A DNA stretch of 64,000 bases from Callorhinchus milii (taxonomy: Eukaryota): contig NW_024704742.1 of the NCBI RefSeq assembly GCF_018977255.1, positions 20,648,001 to 20,712,000 of the forward strand, given 5' to 3'. The position numbers and the translations under genes are program-made. Shown here piece by piece: positions 25,650-39,438 of this stretch (within the stretch, counting starts at the first letter, position 1; every line of letters begins with the position of its first letter). A model generated the notes under the pieces. The model was not told where the DNA came from. It made no database searches and saw only the letters and a program-made list of their open reading frames with translations.

Positions 25650-26195
25650 ACACCAACAACTTGCAATTATATAGCATCCTTCATGCGGGGTAGTGTCCCG
25701 GAGCACTTCACAGTGGCGGAGTCTGGTAACAAGCGAGGGGGAGAGGGAGGGGGGAGGTGACTGTAAACATGATCAAAAAGGAAGATCTTTAGGTGGGATT
25801 TGAAGGTGGAGAGGGGGCAAGGTGGAGGGATTGAGGGAGAGAGTTCCAGAGTCTCGGGGGTGTAGTGGCTGAAGGCATGGCCACCGATGGTGGAACGGAG
25901 GGCACAAGGGACAAACAGGAGACTGGAAACAGCCGAGTGGAGGCAGCGGGTAGTGGAGTGGGGAAAATCAGGTCTGATAGGTAGGGAGGTGTGAGGACAT
26001 GAACAGATTTGAAAACGAGTGAGAGGATATTGAAATCTCTCCATTCAGTGGAGCCTGACAAGGACTGGTGTGATGGCGGTACGGAGTTTCATGTGGGTGA
26101 GTCTCTGGGCATGCAAAGTTTTGAATTAATTGGATTTTGTGTATGGTGGAGCTGGGGAGACCAGTGAGGAGGTCATTAGAATAGTCCAGCCGGTT
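25650..26195 (-). mobile_element. Degenerate L2 3' fragment
   Basis: ORF track shows RLDYSNDLLTGLPSSTIHKIQLIQN and FKSHLKIFLFD in shifting frames; CAA-type tail. Confidence 0.85.
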
Positions 26196-26320
26196 GTTCG
26201 GTTTAAACAATTCTCTTTTAAACAGAACACTTCCTGTAGGATAATATTTTGGAGGATATCACAAAGGCAGGGTTGAAAAACTGAGCAAGAGCACGCATTG
26301 TAATTGAACCACAGCAATGC

Positions 26321-26371
26321 CAATGATGGCATGGCAAAGAACCAATGATGGTTTTTGCAATGCCATCATTG
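26321..26371. repeat. Near-perfect hairpin (about 23-bp stem, 4-nt loop)
   Basis: caatgatggcatggcaaagaacca-atga-tggtttttgcaatgccatcattg. Confidence 0.85.
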
Positions 26372-28711
26372 ATCTCTGCTTTTTGTAATGATCATCTGAA
26401 TACCTTAACCTAGCTCTCAGCAATTAGATAAGCTTCGGCTTTTAAGCATTGAATAAAGGTGTCTTAGAGGAGAGATGTTACATATGTGTACAGTATAAGA
26501 TGCTAATTAGGATTGACAAAGTAAATCCACACAATACTTCAGACATGCTAGAAGCTGTAGGACAAGAGATCACAACCTACCTTCCCACTCCCTCCTCGGT
26601 GGGCAATGGCCTGCTCCATATTCCCCATCCTGCACACCCCACCATAGACGGTCAAGCCTTCATGTGAAGGTACTAAATAAATTAAATTTGTTACTGTTGT
26701 CGAATTTATTTATGAAAAAGTTTGACGGCAGGATGGTTATTATGGAAAGATGAATTTGAATGGGCCAAAGAGCTTTTCCAGACAAATCTCTAGTATGATC
26801 TTATAATTTTACAATCATCACTAATGCCCCATTGAAATGATCAAAACTAGTAACATAATTGCAAATTGATGTATTTCAGCTTTAATTTAAATTGATTTGT
26901 TGTTACAACAATATAAATCAAAACTTACATCATATGCAATTAAATTGGCCATAAAATAATCCTTTATAATAATCCTTACATTTGATATAGCATCTTTCAC
27001 ATCTGGAGGACATCCCAAAATGCTTTACAGGACATGCTGTAAAATGCAGTGGTTCTGTGCTTTGTGGGCGATAGTATTGAATCTATATCTATATTTTATC
27101 AGTGATGGGAAGCATCTTCTGTCAACTAATTGTCTTAGTAAATTACAAATGATAATAACATTCTGCAGCCTTCCAGTGAATATGCCTTATTAGTCTAATG
27201 TTGATACGATAGAGAATTATAATTTGCTGTGGTTGCAAGCATTCACTTATTATATCCACTTGTGAATTGTTATTCTTCATAGAGCAGCAACGAATAGAGT
27301 TAATTGTTCTTCCACTATAGTAAATCAATCTTGAAGCTGACACTGAGGGGTATACAATTATTTTTTTAAAATGAATTTCAGAAGCAACTATGCTGAATCT
27401 TCTTTTCCAATAAAGAATATTTTGTTTGCAATTTGATCAATTTGTGAACTTATTTAACTTTAACTCTGCAAAAAAAACGAGTACAACTTTTGAACAAAAA
27501 CGTTTTTATCACACAACAAAAATGTATAAGCACCCTTCATGTGTGTAGCATCTTGGAGTGCTTAACAGTGGCAGAGCTTGAGGGCGAGTCGAGAGAGATC
27601 AGAGGTGACTATGGGCAACATCTATAACAACAACTTACATTTATATAGCATGTAAGATAATATCTTGGAGCACATTACAGTAATGAGGTCGGAATCAGAG
27701 CAAAGGATAGGGGTGGGGGGAAGGGGGAAGTTGATGTGAAGACGGATAGAGAGAGGCGTAGAAGGAGGCAGTTTGGGATAGAATCCACAAATTTCCCTCA
27801 ACAAGCTCTGAAACGCCACTGCCTTCAATCTCTCCTGCACAAGGCTCTGTGAGTCTATCACCACCATCCTTGGCTTAGCCCACCAGCTCCCTATCCCTCA
27901 GCAGACACAATGCAAAAAAATAACTTATTTAGCACATTTCATGTCAGGAGTTCATTCCAAAGCATTTGAAATAAACTTTAAAGATCCTCTTCCTTATCTT
28001 CAAATCCTCCATGTCCTTGCCCCACTTTAACTCTGTAATCTCCTTTGATTCTAATCCCCCTCACACTCCTTCTGCATTACAAATCCTTACTCGCTTCTTA
28101 TCTGTCTGCACCATTGTTGGAGAAGCTTTCAGCCACTTTCGGAACTCATCTAAAAACCTATCTCTTTGATCAGACCTTATGGTCACCTCCCCTATCTTCC
28201 ATTCTAGTGGGAAACAAGAGAAGGTGGAGTGGGATAGACACAGGCCTTTCACCTCTGGGACCTGGACTTGAACAGCTGGCTTGAAAATCTTGAAAATGGT
28301 GTAAATGGGTGCATTTTCAACCTCCTTTAACCTATTACTTAATGAGCATGAGTTTACACCAAGAGGCTTAGGGATTATCTGACTCAGTGAGGCCAAAGGA
28401 TGGCTCATGCGGGGATTGTTAAACTATTGCAACAGTGCAGCATTCCTACGAGATTGAGTCTGAGGTGTATTGTTGGAGGCAGAGTAGATGGACTTACACT
28501 CTGAATCAAACATTGTTGTACCTGACCTGGGAGTGCTTGATTGTGACACCGTTTGGCTGAAATGGGGAAAGTGGTTCATTTCTGAGCCCTGATATCACTT
28601 CGAATGATTAGGAAAAACAATTGTAGAATTGTTTTCTGCAATACTATATTGTTATTAGAAAAAACACCACTAATGCTAACAGCAAGTGAAGAATAGACCT
28701 CTAGGAAATTG

Positions 28712-29817
28712 ACTTGTTAGCAAAATTGAAGACTATGGGATTAAGGGAACAGTAACAGCATGGATCTGAAATTGGCTGGGAGACAGAAAGCAGAGGGTAG
28801 TGGTGAACAGTTGTTTTTTCAGACTGGAGTGGAGTATACAGTGGTATGCAGTGGTATACCCCAGGGAATCAGTATTAAGACCACTACCAGGATAATAACA
28901 GACTGTAGGAGGGCATAGACAGGCTGGTGAAATGGGCTGTCACATGGCAGATGGAATTTAATGCAATGAAATTATACATTTTGGGATGAGGAATGAGGAG
29001 AGGCAATATAAGATAAATGGTACAATTATAAAGGGGGTGAAGGAATAGAGAGACCTGGGTTTTCACATACATAAATCTTTGAAGGTGGCAGGACAAGTCG
29101 ACAAAGCTGTTAAAAAGTATATGGGATCCTTGGCTTTATAAATAGAGGCATAAAGTACAAAAGCAAGGAAGTTAAGTTGAACCTTTACAAATCACTGGTT
29201 AGGCCTCAGCTATAGTATTATGTCCCACTCTGGGCATCATATTTTAGGAAGGATATCAAAGCCTTGGAGAAGATGCAGAGGAGATATACAAGAATGATAC
29301 CAGGGATGAGGGAATATAATCATGTGGAAAGGCTAGAGAGGCTGCGATTATTCTCCTTCGAACAGAGAAAGTTAAGGAGAGATTTTATGGAGGTGTTCAA
29401 AATTAAGAGGGGTTTTGATAGAAGGGTTTTGAAAGGGCTCTGAGATGCTACCCTGCATGGAGGGTGCTATATAAGTGCAAGTTGTTGTTGTTTTGTTGTT
29501 ATAGAGTAGATAGGGAGAGACTGTTTCCTCTGGCGGGTGGGTTGGTAACCCAGATTTAACATAATTGGCAAAAGAACCAGATGGGAAACAGGGAGAATTA
29601 TTTTACCTAGAGGGCTATTACTGTCTGAAAGGGTGGTGGAAGCAGATTCAATAATAACATTCAAAGGGGAATTGGTTAGGCACTTAAAAAGGAAAACTTT
29701 GTAGGGCTATGGGGTAAGAGTGGAGGAGTGGGACTAGTTGATTTCTCTTTCAAAGAACCTGGCACAGATACGATGGGCCAAATGGCCTTCTTCTGTGATG
29801 TAAGGTTCAATGATTCT
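28712..29817 (+). mobile_element. CR1 LINE 3' fragment (RT C-terminal part), disrupted, with a short L2 tail inserted at about 29422-29500
   Basis: WL.DRKQRVVVN, PQG-SVL, LVRPQL.Y.VPLW, gatgggccaaatggccttcttctgtg tail. Confidence 0.9.
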
Positions 29818-30455
29818 GGGAGTTTGATGCAGCAAGCAATGCATTCTGCATTCTTATGAATAATTCTGAGTTGATGCTCGAAAACTGATAAGGCAATGAA
29901 AGCTAAATTTACATACTTTAGTGGTCATGTTACAGTTGAACAAATAGGAAAGAAAGCAATCTAAAAATATCAGCCTTCTTTGGTTTAGAAACTGTGAATA
30001 ACTGATTCTGATATGTCTTCTATGAATAATTGAAAACATTTAAGATACAATTTTTTGCTTTTAGTTTCTCTGCTAAATTTCTGATCACCTGAACGCCTAT
30101 AACATCAAGATATCTTGAGGTATCTCAAAGCATTTCACAAGAAATTGTGGTTTACTAAATTAACTATGTATTTAATAATCCTTGCATTTGATATTTTCGT
30201 ATTTCTTATCTGCCTTATTAGTGGACAAACATGACAGCCATTTTAAACACTGCAGGGTTCCACAAAGAGCCATGGAATGAATATTCCAGGAGAAACTTGC
30301 TTCTCTTTCCAAATAATAAAACCATAGAAATTGACAGTAAAGAAGACAGCCATTCACCCATTGTGTCTGTGCTGGGTCTTTCAAGGAACAACCCATTCAG
30401 TTCCATTTACCTGGCTTTATATCCAAATCCCTGCAATTTTTTTCCTCCTGTAGCC

Positions 30456-30853
30456 GAGTCCTGTAGCTTAATGGTTACTCACCTCACCTCGCAAGTGAGA
30501 AACCTGGGTTTGAATCCCAGCAGGACCAAATGTTTGGCAATGTTTCCTTACTCCACACACCTCTGTTTACCTAGTAGTAAATAGGAACCCGGTTGTTAGT
30601 CGATTGGCGGATCGCTTTTCAGCGGTAATAATTCCTTAAAAAAATAATAATAATAAATTGGTCACTGAATCCATGACTGTTTGTGGGACACTGCTGTGCA
30701 CAATTGACTGCTGCGTTTCGCCCACAAAATATACAGTAATTCATTTTACAGTATATTCTGTGAAGTGCTTTGAGACGTCTCAAAGAGGTGATAAGGTACT
30801 ATATCAAATGCAAGGATTATTATTATTATTAGTATTAATATTATTATTATTAT
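30456..30853 (+). mobile_element. tRNA-derived SINE (long variant)
   Basis: Head, ctctgtttacctagtagtaaataggaacccgg segment, Deu-like body, (ATT)n. Confidence 0.92.
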
Positions 30854-30984
30854 TCTATCTAGTCCGCTCTTGAAAGCTAATATAGATTTTGCCTCAACCA
30901 CTAAACCTGGCAAGGCATTCTACATCCTAACAATTCTCTGCATAAAGAAAAAATATTCAGAACTCCCCTACCCTCACCTTTTTG

Positions 30985-31290
30985 CTATTAATGGTGGAGC
31001 AGAGGGTGCGAGGGACAAGCAGGAGGCCTCTGCCAGTCGAGTGGAGGTGGCAAGTAGTAGATTGGGGAGTGAGGGGGTAGGAGAGGTAGGGAGGTGCCAG
31101 GGAGTGAAGGGATTTGAACATGAATGTGAATATCTTGAAGTCAACCCATTTGGTGACAATCAGACTCAGGCAATGTGGCGGAGGTGGAGGAAGGCCGTCC
31201 TGGTCAAAGACCAGATGTGGTGGAGGAAGGACAGCTGGTGGTCGAACTAGATTGCTGACTGGTTCAGTGAGTCTCAAGGAGAACCCAGGG
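30985..31290 (-). mobile_element. Degenerate L2 ORF2 fragments
   Basis: Antisense DFKIFTFMFKSLHSLAPPYLS. Confidence 0.8.
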
Positions 31291-32363
31291 AGGTTGAGGA
31301 GTTCAGATCACAGGAGTGAAGACATTGACTGGAGCCAAGGAGTACAGCTTCCATTTTACCTAGAAGGTTTAATCTAATCTGAAGAAACTGGTGTGGTGCA
31401 CAACAGGTAGAGGAAAATCTACATTGGATTTTCTTTGTGTGTGATCAAGAGTAATGTTTGTGGGCTCGCTTGTTAACTGGCCTTTAGTCAGTTTCTCATA
31501 TTCTCCACCATCTCAGTGCATGAGTCAGAGTCTAGCCATTTGTGTTTAGTGTTTGGTGTCAGCAGCATTGCACAGTGTTTACTGAATCAGCTGTAATAGA
31601 AATGTTACTGTGAATGTAGTACATTCTGTAATTTTTTATAAGTTGCCAGATGGCTCAGCGTGAGGTAATTGCCACCAGGGAAATGGCTCAGAAGCCGTAA
31701 TGAAATTTGTTAGATGCTGTAAACAATAGCGCTAACTTTGCCTTAGATAGTTCTCCCCTCATTGTTTGCTCAAGGCTCTCAAATTCAAATCAAGGATCAT
31801 TCGACAGGTGTTGTATCCAAGTAGAAAACACACAAAATATAGAAACAATGCACATGTTATCATTTAAAAAAATCAAACATAATTTCTTTCTTGCCCAGTT
31901 ACACCACAAGTTTGCATCAATTATGTTTGCGAAATAATATAAGGATTTGCAACAGAGATCTGAAAGTTTAATCTTCCTGGCTCTCTGTATAAGTAACTAT
32001 GAACGAGAATAATAACAATAATAATCCTTGTGTTTGGTGTGGCACCTTGCACCATGCCAGGATGACATCTCAAAGTTCACAGGATATATTGTAAAGTGTA
32101 GTGACTGTGTATGTGTAGACAAACATGGCATCCCATTTGCACACCACAATGCCCCACAACTCCCACCCAAGAAGCGAATGACCAACTTTATTTGGGAAAT
32201 TGTTGCCCAGCACTGCCTTCTCTTTAAGACCAAATAATAATTTGGTCATTCAATCCATGACTGTTTGTGGGACACTGCTGTCCGCAATTGGATTTACGGT
32301 ATATTCTGTGAAGAGCTTTGAGACATCTCAAAGAAATAATATTGCACTGTATCAAATGCAACG

Positions 32364-32397
<34 letters not shown>

Positions 32398-33230
32398 TCC
32401 ATGCAACTCACTTATATGTGAAAATCCCAGAGATAGTTTGTTGGCATGGAATGTGCACTCTCTTCCTGGGGGGACAGATCCTGCTTACTTAATTCCGGAA
32501 AGTATTACGCACAGGTTGGCAAGATCCAAGGTTTGGGGACACCAGAGTGTGCGATGGGGTACTGTTCGAGACTAACCAGCTAAAACCACAAAGCTTGCCA
32601 TTGACATTGCTGTCTGGCAAGCTTTCCCACTGCTTCGACCATCCTACCCATTAGGGCTTTGGGTTAACAGAAGCTGAGTGGGATGACTCCCTGCCCCCAG
32701 TGACAGGTCTGTCCTTTCAGGTCCTGCCAATGAGCCAGTGCTGTCATCAGTAGTGCCCTGGAATACTGCAGACCCGCCTGGCTCAGGAACCAGACTACAG
32801 AGGACTGGTTCAATTCTGACATTCTGTTGCCAGGCTTTCAGCTCCAAGGAGATCCTGTTTATCTCACCCCTGAAGAGGATAGTCACTAGTTTGTCGTTCG
32901 ACATCCGACAAGCTTGGGTTTGAGCCCCCACTCGGTGGACGGTAGGTACAAGACACGCCCTGTGAGCTTCCCGGTGGGCAACACAGCTCAGCAGGAAATG
33001 TGAGAAAGCATTGCATTGCCACCATTTTCCTGTCCGCAGCTCGGGCACATGACCCTTCCCATTGAGCGATGGAGGTGCGGAGTTTAAGCAGCAGCTGGTT
33101 GCCTCTCTGCAGGGCAATCGAGGTGGATTCCATCCAGGCACTGCATGTACAATCCCACTCATTCCCAAACCACACAAAACCTACTGAGTCACAGATTCCA
33201 TCCCAATGGTCCATTCCTTCCAAATGTCAA
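32398..33230 (-). mobile_element. Unclassified A-tailed repeat family, longest copy; possible CRE-like LINE 3' end
   Basis: Collinear with the 38.8-39.4, 48.4-48.9 and 61.9-62.4 kb copies; encodes SIALQRGN near its 5' end. Repeat status is firm, the CRE assignment is tentative. Confidence 0.75.
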
Positions 33231-34244
33231 TCAAGCAAAAGCTCTAATCTATTGTTCCATTCCCACATTACGTCTCAAACTGCCCTCCTTCAGTCAGTTG
33301 TGCAGAAAGTTAGTCTACTTCCCAGGACAAGATGATGAAGTAAATAGATAGTATGTTTTCAGCATGTGTGATGACACTGATTTCTGGATCTGTAATGTTG
33401 CAGCTGTTATACTGGAGCTCAACACTGCAGTGACAAACAATCTCTCTGGATGGATCTCAGCACATCCGAGTGTGATGTAGTTCCTGAGATGACTACACTG
33501 CTACATTTGTCTATGAAGTACACAGTCACTACACTTGATAGTATACATTATGAAGCACATTGAGACATCCTGCTGACACAAAACGCACTATTCCAAAGGC
33601 AATAATTATTATTTATGATTATGTTATAAGTTAAAGCAGTATATATAAGGCATATTATTGCATTCTGTAGCACTAAAAGTTACAAAACTAATTGATAACA
33701 CAGAACATATTTAATGAGTTAGGGACAGAACAGGAAAATATGGTGGAGAAGATCATCTTGTAGTGTACTGGATAATAGGGAACGTTTCTAGGTTCTTGGC
33801 CTGACAAATAACCAAAGACCCTAAAGGTTTCAAAGCAAACAGTTTGTAATCTCTCAGAAGAGTTGAAAACTGACTTGGGAATGAACAAACAAATTGTGCA
33901 GTAAACACGGCCTTGCGCATAGCAGTGAGTGGTAGCTGCTTTCTTCTATACTCAGGAGATGTTCTACAGGTGTTGCTTGTGCACAATTTCCGATGATATA
34001 TGATCAGGTTATAGCTGCTTTGCTGAGGTGAGACAAATTGCTTTGTCTATTTCCCTGGCACAAGGGAATGGCTTGGTAACAACAACTTGCATCCCTATAT
34101 GCAGGATAGTGTCTCAGAGTGACAGTGCTGCCAGTGTTTTGGACAACTTAAATACGGTGTTAAATATCCATCCAGCTTCTAATCCATGAAAAATGTATTT
34201 CGTGTCAATGTGTTTTTTTCTCTCACCACTACTGCCAGGGAATA

Positions 34245-34570
34245 ATAATATGCTTATTATTATTAATATTATATGCTTGTATTTGATATAAATCGCATCA
34301 CACTAAAATATTTCGAAAGTGCTTCACAGATGTTAAGTATAATGTCTATATTTGTGGCAAACACAGCCGCCAATTTTCATACACGAAAAGATCCCAAAGC
34401 ACCATGACTTGAATGACCGTTTTATTTTGGAGGATAGTTGGCTTGGACAGCAGGAGAAACTCCTTCTCCTTTCCAATAGTGTTACAGAATCTTTAACATC
34501 CACCAACAAGCAGCAGTGGCCTTGGTTTAAGGTCTCATCTGAAGGACAACACCTTTCACAATGTATCACT
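34245..34570 (-). mobile_element. Degenerate Deu-type SINE
   Basis: aatctttaacatccacc...ggtttaaggtctcatctgaaggac block plus tail. Confidence 0.7.
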
Positions 34571-35024
34571 CATAGAATCATAGAATTATACAGCAGAGAA
34601 GGAGGCCAATCGGCCCATCGTGTTTGTGCTGGCTCTTTGAAAAGTGCTATCCAAATCAATCTCCCGCTCTCTCCCCATAGCCCTGAAAACTTGTCCTCCC
34701 CAAATAATTATCTAATTATTGCTCTACTTGTAATCAACAGAAGTTTCACCGTGAACTGTGAGTTAAAGTCTTGACAAAGAGCCTGAACCCACGAACATCT
34801 GCCTTAGAAATAACAAGTCAAGCTGATACTCACAAATCCCCATTGACAAAAATACAACAGGTCATTTATGGAGCTGTTTCAACTGGAGTCTATTACTGGA
34901 GTCTATTTTGCTGTATATCTCAATGGGTATCACTTAGAATTACCATCAACCCACAAGAATTCTGCTCCAGAAGTAGATTGTGAGTGAGTAGGGTTTCTGC
35001 AGAACAGTGTAACTTATACCTAGT

Positions 35025-35842
35025 AACAACAACAAAATGACATTTATAGAGCGCCTTTCACATCGGGCGACCGGACACACAGGGCTCAGGACCCGAGCAT
35101 GGGGTAGGGGTGGAGTAGGGGTGAGGGAAGGCAGAGAGGTGAGAAGGCAACTGAAGGCACGATTGAAGAGGAGGGTCTTGAGACCGGCCTTGAAGGAGGC
35201 GAGGGAGAAAGCGAGGCGAAGGGACTGCGGGATGGAGTTCTGGGATGGAGTGTGGGGTCATAGAGGCTGAAAGCCCGGCCTCTGATGGTAGTGCGGGTCG
35301 GGCGAGAGACATAGTGCAGGCCGGAGCCCGCTGAACGGAGGGAAGTAAGAGAGGACAAGGCCATGGATGGTCTTGAAAGTGAGGACAAGGATCTTGAATT
35401 CAATCCTCTGGGGGATGGGGAGCCAGTGCAGTTGGGCGAGGGTGGGAGTGATGGGGTCACGGAGCCTGGTGCGCGAGAGTACACGAGCTGCAGAGTTTTC
35501 GATGATCTGCAGCTTGTGAAGGGAAGCGTTGGGAAGGCCGATGAGGAGGGAGTTCCCGTAATCGAGCCTTGATGTGACGAATGCGTGGGTGAGGGTTTCG
35601 GCAGCCTGAGGGGTGAGGCAGTGGCACAGTTTTGCAATGTTGCGGAGGTGGTGGTATGCAGTGCCGGTCATGGCGCGGATGTGGGGGAAAAGGACATTTC
35701 AGGGTCAAACAAGATACCCAGGTTCCTGACTGGCTTAGTGAGGTTGAGTGTGCAGCCGTGGAGGCTGATGCTGCCAGCGCCTGAGATGCGGAGGTGCTGG
35801 CGTGCGCCAATCAGGAGGGCCTCAGTCTTGCTGACCATAAGC
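35025..35842 (-). mobile_element. L2 subfamily B, 5'-truncated
   Basis: HHLRNIAKL...[14 protein letters not shown]...[15 protein letters not shown] with frameshifts; (CAA)n tail. Confidence 0.95.
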
Positions 35843-36224
35843 AGTCCCCATTTTTATGTGACTCAGATTCTTTATTTAGGAATCTTGTTCAGAAATACCG
35901 CATATTGGACCCCATTAGATTACATTGTGTCAGGTGGTTTAATTTACCATCACTAGCGAAAAAACATGTGAATAACCTAAACATGCTATTCTAGTAAATG
36001 GGAAAAGTACATAATCACAAAAGAGCTTGAATAATAATATTCCTTGCATTTGATAAAGCATGTTATCACATCATCGAGAAGTCTTAAGAGCTTCAGAGGA
36101 TATACTGTAAAGTGGATCGACTGTGTATTTTGTGGGCAAAATGCTACGAGGAAAACTGCATAATGCTTAACATGTAACACAGAGTTATGACGGGTTTTAA
36201 AATCACTTCATTGTTAAGACAAGT

Positions 36225-36239
36225 GTGCCATCTGGAGGC
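36225..36239 (-). promoter_or_regulatory. Candidate CTCF site
   Basis: Reverse complement CCTCCAGATGGCAC, one mismatch to the core consensus. Confidence 0.4.
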
Positions 36240-37539
36240 AACAATGTGAGAGTTCTAAATGTTTTGTTTTGAAGATGACCGGGTGTAAAACTCAGCAATT
36301 CACCATGGGATTCCTCGGGTAAGGACTTCCAATTCAGAAATAAGGAAATATGATCATGGTGACCCACTGGAAACTTGTCTCCAGAAACAGACTGTGTCAG
36401 AACAGAATCCTGTAGAATTGTGTCTGGGACTCAGAGCTCTCACTAAAGAATCCGATAGAAAATCACTGAGTTTAAGCTCCTGTAAATGTGTGTAAAAATG
36501 CAACTGAAGTGACTGATAATCACTGATTATCATAAATATAAAATCTGAAGCCTTTAACTTCCATATATATGCTATATTTTAGGTAAAATAATTGTTTTAT
36601 ATTATTATTGATAGACAGTTCGCCTACAAGATGCACAGTCACTGGACTTCACAGCAAATGCTGTGAGGTGCTTTGAGATGTCTTGTTAACATGAAACCCA
36701 CTACATTAGTTGAAAGTATTATTATTCATTTATCTTATAGCAGAGTATTACATTATGATTAATTTGGAGTTCACAATTGTATAACTTCATCATAGAAAGT
36801 TACAAAAGTATTTATCAGTATTGTCGCAATTTTTCTCCATAAAACACACGCTTTACAGTATATCCTGTGAAACAATTTCAGATGTCCTGCTAAGGTGAAA
36901 GGCTCTCTACCAAATGTAAGGAGTATTATTATTTTTTGATAACAATGTCCCTTCACACTATTTCTAAAACTTGATGTAATACATCATAAAAATAATATGT
37001 TATTAAACAAATTTTACTCAGGGATTTTTTCCTGGTTAATCCCAGATTTTACAGACAACTCTCTCATCACCACAGGATGTCTGACTGTAACAGAAAAAGT
37101 ACGTTCACAATTATTAATTATTTACCTGGACTGGGAGAGCTCACTGTTATAACTGTCCTGTTAGAAGTGATCTGCACAAAAGAAATAACACAAACATCAG
37201 AAGCTCCTGTCCTCACATAAAAGTGTTATTTCAAAGAACTATCATAATTTGAGTTAGGAGAGAAATAACGTATGAACCTCAATGGTTATTAAAGACATTG
37301 AAATACCTCATCATTATTTAGAAGCCAAAATGTCACCTTTAGCTCCTTTCTATTCATTTTGTGCTGCTTTTAAATGTTTTTGCTTGATATATGAAATGGA
37401 AGTCATTCCCATGCTACGCCATAATATCTAAAAATGAAATAATAATGTGGATTTGTGATGTAATTAGTAATTTTTAGGTATTTCTTATCAGATTCCTTAA
37501 CTATCAAACTTCGAAAACTTTGAATGCGCTGACAGACGC

Positions 37540-37885
37540 ATAATAATAATCCTTACATTTGATGTCGCACCTTATCACGTCTCAAAGCATTTCACCAGAC
37601 TTACTGTAAAGTGTAGTGACTGCGTATTTTGTAGGCAAACATGGCAGTCAATTTCTGCATGGCAGTGTCCCATAGAGAGACATGAAGTGAATGACCCATT
37701 TTATTTTAGGGGATGATTGTCCAGGATCCAGGATCCTGGGAGAAACTCCCTTCTAATCCCATGTCAATGGATCTTTCCAGCTGAACAGACAGAATGGACC
37801 TCAGTGTAACATCTCATCCAAAGAATGGCACCTCCAAACATGCAGCGCTCCCCCAGCACTGCATTGGAGCTTCATCCTATAATTT
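37540..37885 (-). mobile_element. Degenerate Deu-type SINE
   Basis: Tail, Deu body and aacatctcatccaaagaatggcacctcc...cagcactgcattggag. Confidence 0.75.
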
Positions 37886-38145
37886 GCTTGGACATCGCTG
37901 AGCAACTCATCATAGTGAAACTGATGCAAAGAATTGCACTTTGTGTAAATCTCCACTAGAGTGCAGCTGAGGCTTCTGAATGAGGTGCATTTGTAGGGAA
38001 CACATACGTAGTTGCCACAACTTTTACTGACGACAGTGAATATGCTCTCTCTTTGGACCATCCACCTGCCCATCAAGACACCCAGCTCTCCTGTTGGACT
38101 CTGTCAGTAGGATGGGCAAATGAAGGCACAGATGTCCTGCCTAAA

Positions 38146-38290
38146 AACATAAGAACATAAGAATTAGGAGCAGGAGTAGGCCATTCAGCCCCTTGAGCCT
38201 GTCCCGCCATTCGATAAGGTCATGGCTGATCTTCTGACCTAACTCTAATTACCTGCCCTATCCCCATATCCCCTAATCCCTCTATTTTTT
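38146..38290 (-). mobile_element. CR1 3' end
   Basis: (AAGAACAT)n tail; close match to 56869-57015. Confidence 0.9.
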
Positions 38291-39438
38291 AACCTTCTTC
38301 TTCAGCCGTGCTTACGGCCACCTCGCCCACCCTCGGAGTCAGGCTCCACCACTGTTAAGCGCTCTGAGACGCCATCCTGAGTGGAGGGTGCTACGTAAGT
38401 CCAAGTTGTTGTTGTTGTACATATGCAATATTAGTTGAAGCATAGGGACAAAGCAGCTGTTGGCCAGGAGATGGTGCTGTTCACCACAAAAAGCTCAGAT
38501 GTTGTGGGCAAGTCATCACCAAAGATCATTCAATAAGTTCCTCAAGATGCCCACCAAAGAATGGTAATACACATTCCAGTGTATGAGAGAAGTATGACCA
38601 TAACACCAAAGTCAATGAAACTTCCTGTTAAGGTGGACTTCAAAGACCTTGTGATAATATTGAAAAACATTTTTCCAATTAAAAAATTGTAGTCACGTGA
38701 CTGTAGGACTTTGTGGTGCTCAATTGACTGCCATGTTTGCCTACAACTACACAGACACTACACTTGAGAGCAATTTAAAACATTTCAACCTTATAGGTGC
38801 CAGATCAAATCAAAAGTGTGTCTGAGTTGTGCGCAGGAAGATGGTGGCAATGCTCTCATGTGTTTCATGCTGAGCTGTGCTGTCCACCAGGAAACTCAAA
38901 TGGAGTTCCTAATACCTGCCATCCACCTGGTGAGGACTCAAACCCACACTTGTCAGATGTCAAATGACCAAATCCCTGACTGTTCAGTGCCTTGGGACAT
39001 CCTCCCGACATGAAAGGCGCTATACAAATGTAATTTTGTACTGTATTGGCTATACTCTTTGGGAGGATGTAAACAGGGTTTCCTTCAAGCTGATCAGGCT
39101 CCCAGGTGACATGTTTGGCAACAGATGTCAGAATCAACTAGTCAGTAGTCTGGTTCCTGAGCCATACGGACATGCGGTCCTCCGGGGCACTGCTGATAAC
39201 AGCACAGCCAGCTTGGCTCATCGGTAGCACTTGGTAGGGCAAACCAGTCACTGGGGCAACAATTGTTCCCATCCAGCTCCTATTAACCTGCAAGCCAAAA
39301 CCTTGATGAGTAGGGTGGTCCTAGCTGGACAAGCAGCGACTAAGCTTTCAATGCTAAGATATCCCAACACACACTCTTGTGTCCCCAAGCCTTGGCTCTT
39401 GCTAACCTGTGCCCAATACTTTCCGGAATTCAGGTAAG

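Noticed and set aside
32715..32750. CTGATGA...GAAA hammerhead on the minus strand
   Set aside because: Stems II and III do not close correctly and the core is not kept in other copies (ccgatga, ctgataa).
32644..33177. 177-aa ORF as a novel gene
   Set aside because: It lies in a multi-copy repeat, other copies have indels that break the frame, and no domain is recognisable.
36288..36475. Degenerate inverted repeat (aaactcag...ctgagttt)
   Set aside because: Arms are too divergent to call an element by eye.
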